Shown here piece after piece: positions 59,678 through 64,000 of a stretch of 64,000 bases of DNA. A program made the position numbers and the translations under genes. Location of the stretch: contig CAVVNQ010000003.1 in the NCBI GenBank assembly GCA_963749705.1, positions 256,001 to 320,000 of the forward strand, given 5' to 3'. How positions within the stretch are numbered: the first letter of the stretch is position 1; the number at the start of each line of letters is the position of its first letter. The notes below the pieces were generated by a model. That model was given only the letters and a program-made list of their open reading frames with translations, made no database searches and was not told where the DNA came from. The DNA comes from an uncultured Chloroflexia bacterium (GTDB lineage Bacteria; Chloroflexota; Limnocylindria; Limnocylindrales; CSP1-4).

Positions 59678-60484
59678 TCAGGCTCGCTCGAGCGCCGCGA
59701 GCAGGGCCAATTCGGTCGGGGTCGCCCCGAGCCCCAGCCGCTCGCCGAGCCGCGCCGCGAGCGGAGGCTCGAGGAACGTCGACGCGAGCGCCTCGGCGTG
59801 CTCCCCGGCGAACACGGACGCGGGTGGCCCGTCGAGGATCACCCGTCCCGACCGCATGACCACCACCCGCTCGAACGACTCGGCGACGAACCGCATGTCG
59901 TGGCTGATCGTGATCACGGTCCGGCCGCTCGACGCCAGGTCGCCGACGATGCGCTGGATCTGGGCCACGCCGCGCGCATCCTGGCCGGTCGTCGGCTCGT
60001 CGAGGATGACGACGGGCGTCTCCATGGCCAGGATCGACGCCAGCGCGAGCAGCTTGCGCCGCGAGTGGCCCAGGTCGTAGGGGTTGGTCCCGGCCTCGCC
60101 GGTCAGCCCGACCGCCTCGATCGCGGCGCCGACCGCGCGATCGAGATCCGCGCCGCGGCGGCCGAGGTTTCGCGCCCCGAACGAGACCTCGGCGCGAACC
60201 GAGCCGGCGAAGATCTGGCGATCGGGGTCCTGGAACACGAGGCCCGCCGTCGCGGCGAGGTGGGCGACCCGCCGATCGTGGATGTCCTCGCCGTCGTGGA
60301 GGACCTGTCCCTCGGTGGGCCGGAGCAGCCCGTTGAGATGGCGCACGAGCGTCGACTTGCCGCTGCCGTTGCGCCCGACGATCGCGACACGCTGTCCGTC
60401 GGGAATGTCCAGGTCGACGCCGTCGAGGGCTCGCGTGGTCCCCTCGTACACGTGGACCAGCCCGACGGTCGAGATCCGGGTCAC
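59678..60484 (-). CDS. ECF transporter ATPase
   Basis: GRNGSGKST, VFQDPDRQIF, NPYDL, LDEPTTGQD. Confidence 0.9.
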   Translation of the reverse strand: MTRISTVGLVHVYEGTTRALDGVDLDIPDGQRVAIVGRNGSGKSTLVRHLNGLLRPTEGQVLHDGEDIHDRRVAHLAATAGLVFQDPDRQIFAGSVRAEVSFGARNLGRRGADLDRAVGAAIEAVGLTGEAGTNPYDLGHSRRKLLALASILAMETPVVILDEPTTGQDARGVAQIQRIVGDLASSGRTVITISHDMRFVAESFERVVVMRSGRVILDGPPASVFAGEHAEALASTFLEPPLAARLGERLGLGATPTELALLAALERA

Positions 60485-61419
60485 GACGCGTCCACCGTGG
60501 CATCGCGCCGTCCGGCGCGACCCGTGTCATCGGCGACCAGCGCTGCCAGCGCCCGGAGCACCCGCGGGTCACCCGTCGTGGGTCCCGCGGCGCCGCCGCC
60601 CTCCGCGACTCCGCCGGCGCGACCAGGACCACCGGGACCACCGGCACCACCGGCACCCGCGAGCGCGCGTTCCAGCCGGACCCGGGACGGCGGCTCCACG
60701 CCCAGCTCGGGCAGATCGGGCATCGCGAGCACCTCGCCCGCCGCCCCGTCTCGGACGATCCGTCCGGCATCCAGCACGACGACCCGGTCGCACAGCCCGT
60801 CGAGGAGGTCCGTCTTGTGCTCGGCGATCAGGAGCGCCGTGCCGCTCGCGGCCAGGCGCACCAGCGCCTCGCCCACGAGCCTCGTCCCCTCCGGATCCAG
60901 CTGTGCGGTCGGCTCGTCGAGCACGAGGTGGCGCGGCCGCATCGCGAGGATCGACGCGATCGCCACCAGCTGGGCCTGGCCACCGGACAGCCGCCCGGGG
61001 TCGCGCCTGGCGAGGTCCTCGATCCGGAGCGCCATGAGCGCCTCGCGGGTCCGGTCGAGGCTCTCGGCGACGTCCAGGCCCAGGTTGACCGGGCCCATGG
61101 CGACCTCCTCGAACACGGTGGCGGTGGTGCCCGAGCGCTGCGTGTTCGGGTTCTGGAACACGAGGCCGACGAGGGTCGCCAGCTCGTGCGTCCTGCGTCC
61201 CGTCGTCGGCTCGCCGTCGATCCGCACCTCGCCCCGCAGCGTTCCGCCGATCGAGGCCGGCGCGAGGCCGGACGCGACCAGGCACACGGTGGACTTGCCC
61301 GCCTCGTTGGGTCCGACCAGGCCCACGATCTCGCCGGCGTCGATGCGCAGGTCGACGTCCTGGAGCACCTGGCGGGCATAGCCCGGGTAGCGGTACCCGA
61401 CCGCGATCAGCTCGAGCAT
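60481..61419 (-). CDS. ECF transporter ATPase
   Basis: GPNEAGKST, VFQNPNTQ, LSGGQ, LDEPTAQLDP. Confidence 0.9.
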   Translation of the reverse strand: MLELIAVGYRYPGYARQVLQDVDLRIDAGEIVGLVGPNEAGKSTVCLVASGLAPASIGGTLRGEVRIDGEPTTGRRTHELATLVGLVFQNPNTQRSGTTATVFEEVAMGPVNLGLDVAESLDRTREALMALRIEDLARRDPGRLSGGQAQLVAIASILAMRPRHLVLDEPTAQLDPEGTRLVGEALVRLAASGTALLIAEHKTDLLDGLCDRVVVLDAGRIVRDGAAGEVLAMPDLPELGVEPPSRVRLERALAGAGGAGGPGGPGRAGGVAEGGGAAGPTTGDPRVLRALAALVADDTGRAGRRDATVDAS

Positions 61420-62261
61420 CAGCGAATCGGGGGCACGAGGCCGGCCACCCGGCCGACCATGAACAGCAGAAAGGCGATGCCCAGCACCCACCGGATCACC
61501 TGCTGGCGGGGGCTGTCGGGCAGCGACCACAGCAGCTGCCGGCGCCCGGGGCGCCCGAATGCCCGCACCTCGAGCGCCAGGCTGCGCTCCTCGACCTCGG
61601 TCAGCGAGGACAGGATCACCGGACCGACCAGCGGCATCACGCCGCGCAGCCGGGCACGGATGCTGCCCTCCGTGTCCAGGCCGCGGGCGCGCTGCGCCGC
61701 CTGGATCGCGGCGGCGCGCTCGATCAGCAGCGGGATCGTCTCCAGCGTCGCGGCGGCAGCGAACGCCAGCCGCGGCGGCAGCCCGCGGCGCTCGATGTCG
61801 GTGACCAGGGCCCGGGGATCCGTGGTCAGGCCGAACAGGCCGAGAGCCATGGCGGCGACGAACAGCCGGACCAGGATCTGGCCCGCGAAGTCCACGCCCT
61901 CCGCCGTGGCATCGAACGGCCCGATGGTCAGCAGGACGGTCTGGCCCGCCCGCGTGAAGATCGAGACCAGGGCGACCGAGATCGCGATCGGCAGGCTCAC
62001 GGCCACGGCCACCCGCAGCAGGCGCAGCAGCAGGCGGGCGGCGAGCGCGCTGGGGACGACGATCCCCAGCAGCAGGGCCAGGGGCAGCAGGTAGCCGCCG
62101 GCGAAGAACGCCGTGAGCGTGACCGTGGCCGCCGCGACGGCCTTGGTCAGCGGGTTCAGCCGGTGGTACGCCGTGGGCATCGGCGGCACCAGCGACGCGA
62201 GGAACGCCCGGTCCTCGGAGGTCAGGCTCCGCGTCCCGGGCGTCCCGGCATCGGCTACCAC
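61419..62261 (-). CDS. ECF transporter T component (CbiQ-like)
   Basis: HRLNPLTK, AQRARG and LEVRAF coupling motifs. Confidence 0.88.
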   Translation of the reverse strand: MVADAGTPGTRSLTSEDRAFLASLVPPMPTAYHRLNPLTKAVAAATVTLTAFFAGGYLLPLALLLGIVVPSALAARLLLRLLRVAVAVSLPIAISVALVSIFTRAGQTVLLTIGPFDATAEGVDFAGQILVRLFVAAMALGLFGLTTDPRALVTDIERRGLPPRLAFAAAATLETIPLLIERAAAIQAAQRARGLDTEGSIRARLRGVMPLVGPVILSSLTEVEERSLALEVRAFGRPGRRQLLWSLPDSPRQQVIRWVLGIAFLLFMVGRVAGLVPPIR

Positions 62262-62280
62262 GTCGCCCGGGGCGATCGGG

Positions 62281-63348
62281 TCAGTCCTCGATGGTGCCGA
62301 TCGCGCGCTCGCCCTGCGGGAAGCGCGCCACGAAGCGGCGCGACAGCGACTGGAGCAGCACGAACACGATGATGTACGTGATGGTCTTGTCGATCGGGTC
62401 CGAGATCAGGCCCTGCTGGAGCACCAATTCGGTGAGCGACGAGCCGGCCTGCTGGAACGCGGCCACCAGCACGTCCGTGCCGCCGCCGGTCACCCCGCCG
62501 AAGCCGTAGGCGGAGATCGGCGCCGACAGGATCGCGGAGATGACCCCGCAGATGGCGCCGCCGACCACGATGTACGCCACCCCCAGGTTGCGGCGCAGGA
62601 ACAGCTGGAGCAGGAGCGCGATGATCGCCACCACCAGGATCGCCGCGATCAGCCACGCGACCACGATGAAGATCGGGTCCACGTTGCTCAGGTCGCCGAA
62701 GAACGTCACGCCATTGGTGTAGGCGGGCAGGATGCCCCAGATCGCGAGCGCGGCGAGCACCCCGATCGCGACCACGGCGCCGATCACGAGCTCGCGCGTG
62801 GGCGTGTTGGGACGGCTTCGGAAGAACCCGAGGTAGCCGAACACGCCGGCCAGCAGGCCGATCTCGGCCGCGACGATGGCGTACGGCCACGCGTACGGGC
62901 TGCCAAACGGCGTCCCGGCGAGCACGAACGTCCAGATCAGGTTGGCGAACAGCCCGGTCAGCAGCCCCGGGATCGGGCCCGCGAGCGCGCCGACCAGGAT
63001 GGTGCCGATCGAATCGAGGTAGATCGGCACCTTGAGCGCCTGCCCGACCGTCTGGCCGAGCACGATGTTGATCGCGATCGCGATCGGGATCAACACGATG
63101 GTGCGCGTGTCGAACTGGCGCGCGATCGACTCGATGCCGCCGGTCTGCGCATATTCAGCGACGGCGTAGACGACGAGCCCGATGAGCAGGGCGATGGCGA
63201 TCACGAGGGCGATCGTGTTGGCGCCCGCGACCAGGCCCGTGTCGGGGTCCGCGGTGACGTCGAGGTTGCCGGTGATGCTGACGCCGATCACGACCGCCAC
63301 GATCGCGGCGATGACCCCCGCGAGCACCCGGATCCAGAACTTGGACAT
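62281..63348 (-). CDS. ECF transporter S component, extended
   Basis: IPIAIAINI.LG..LKVPIYLDSIGT..GALAGP, FGGVTG.G, DPIDK; GGAGG RBS. Confidence 0.82.
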   Translation of the reverse strand: MSKFWIRVLAGVIAAIVAVVIGVSITGNLDVTADPDTGLVAGANTIALVIAIALLIGLVVYAVAEYAQTGGIESIARQFDTRTIVLIPIAIAINIVLGQTVGQALKVPIYLDSIGTILVGALAGPIPGLLTGLFANLIWTFVLAGTPFGSPYAWPYAIVAAEIGLLAGVFGYLGFFRSRPNTPTRELVIGAVVAIGVLAALAIWGILPAYTNGVTFFGDLSNVDPIFIVVAWLIAAILVVAIIALLLQLFLRRNLGVAYIVVGGAICGVISAILSAPISAYGFGGVTGGGTDVLVAAFQQAGSSLTELVLQQGLISDPIDKTITYIIVFVLLQSLSRRFVARFPQGERAIGTIED

Positions 63349-63388
63349 GCCTGCCTCCATCCTCCGCCCGGGCGAGCTCCGGACCCGT

Positions 63389-64000
63389 CTAGCGTGCCAC
63401 GTCCGCGCGCCCTTGGGCCAGCATTCCGACACGTTCCACCCACCGGCGCAGGAACTCGGCCGCGTCGACCTCGACGGCAACGTCCGCGTTTGCGGTCCGC
63501 TGCCACAGGCCCCGCCAGTCGGCGACCGTCAGGCCGTCGGCAACGCCGCCCGACGCATCGACGTCCACCGCCACCGCCCTCGTGCTCGTGAGGCGTTCGT
63601 CGAGCGCGGTCGCCACGACCAGCGCGTCGTGGACGAAGGCGCCGTAGAAGCCGTCGTACTTCGCGTGGAACTCCATGTAGAAGCGGAGCGCGTCGGCGAC
63701 GTACCGGACGACCCGGTTGCTGGCCACGGACCGCCGCTCCGGCTCGCCGGGCTCGCGGCCCGGATCGAGCGTGTCGTCCGGGGTGCTGCCGGCGCGGCGC
63801 GCAAGCTCGACCACGTGATCCGGCGTCATCCGGGCGGTCTCCGTCACGTCGAGGCCCATCGCAAGCACCCGTGGGATCGCCGGATCGTCGTCGATCGCCG
63901 ACTGCCAGGCCGCGAACGCGATCCGTGCCGCCTCCGGGTCGCAGTGGATGTTCCACTCGGTCGTGGGCGTGGTGTTGCCCGGCACGCGGTAGCTCCCGCC
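63389..64000 (-). CDS. Nucleoside hydrolase (IU-NH family), C-terminal part
   Basis: GNTTPTTEWNIHCDPEAA, GLDVT, VHDAL, G.TVADWR motifs; truncated by the window edge. Confidence 0.88.
   Translation of the reverse strand, partial: GGSYRVPGNTTPTTEWNIHCDPEAARIAFAAWQSAIDDDPAIPRVLAMGLDVTETARMTPDHVVELARRAGSTPDDTLDPGREPGEPERRSVASNRVVRYVADALRFYMEFHAKYDGFYGAFVHDALVVATALDERLTSTRAVAVDVDASGGVADGLTVADWRGLWQRTANADVAVEVDAAEFLRRWVERVGMLAQGRADVAR

Overview
GC-rich bacterial chromosomal window. The gene repertoire is compatible with a Chloroflexota/Actinomycetota-like organism (inference only). It is densely coding, and I recognised no rRNA, tRNA, CRISPR array or transposase. Left part: ribokinase; an ApbE plus ferric-reductase-like flavinylation cluster; a znuCB-zur-znuA zinc uptake operon; DsbA-VKOR; MMPL plus an AttH/lipocalin-like protein; a KamA radical SAM enzyme; rhodanese; DmpA; PabB/PabC-like genes; SufT; PduO; BI-1; and a large GAF/GGDEF/EAL protein. 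Right part: an accessory stretch (about 34.7-46.8 kb); an rrf2-sufC-sufS-sufU-moeZ-cysO-cysM-mec sulfur operon; a repeat-bracketed XRE mini-element; phosphoketolase-ackA; USP; and an ECF transporter with a nucleoside hydrolase. Most notable: two unannotated micro-ORFs share an identical R-C-A-C coding core (CGCTGCGCGTGTC). Each is translationally coupled to the upstream stop codon and each lies directly before a sulfur-mobilisation gene, suggesting an intra-operonic cysteine-sensing attenuation system. Three apparent frame breaks (sufS, a GNAT, xfp) may be assembly errors.
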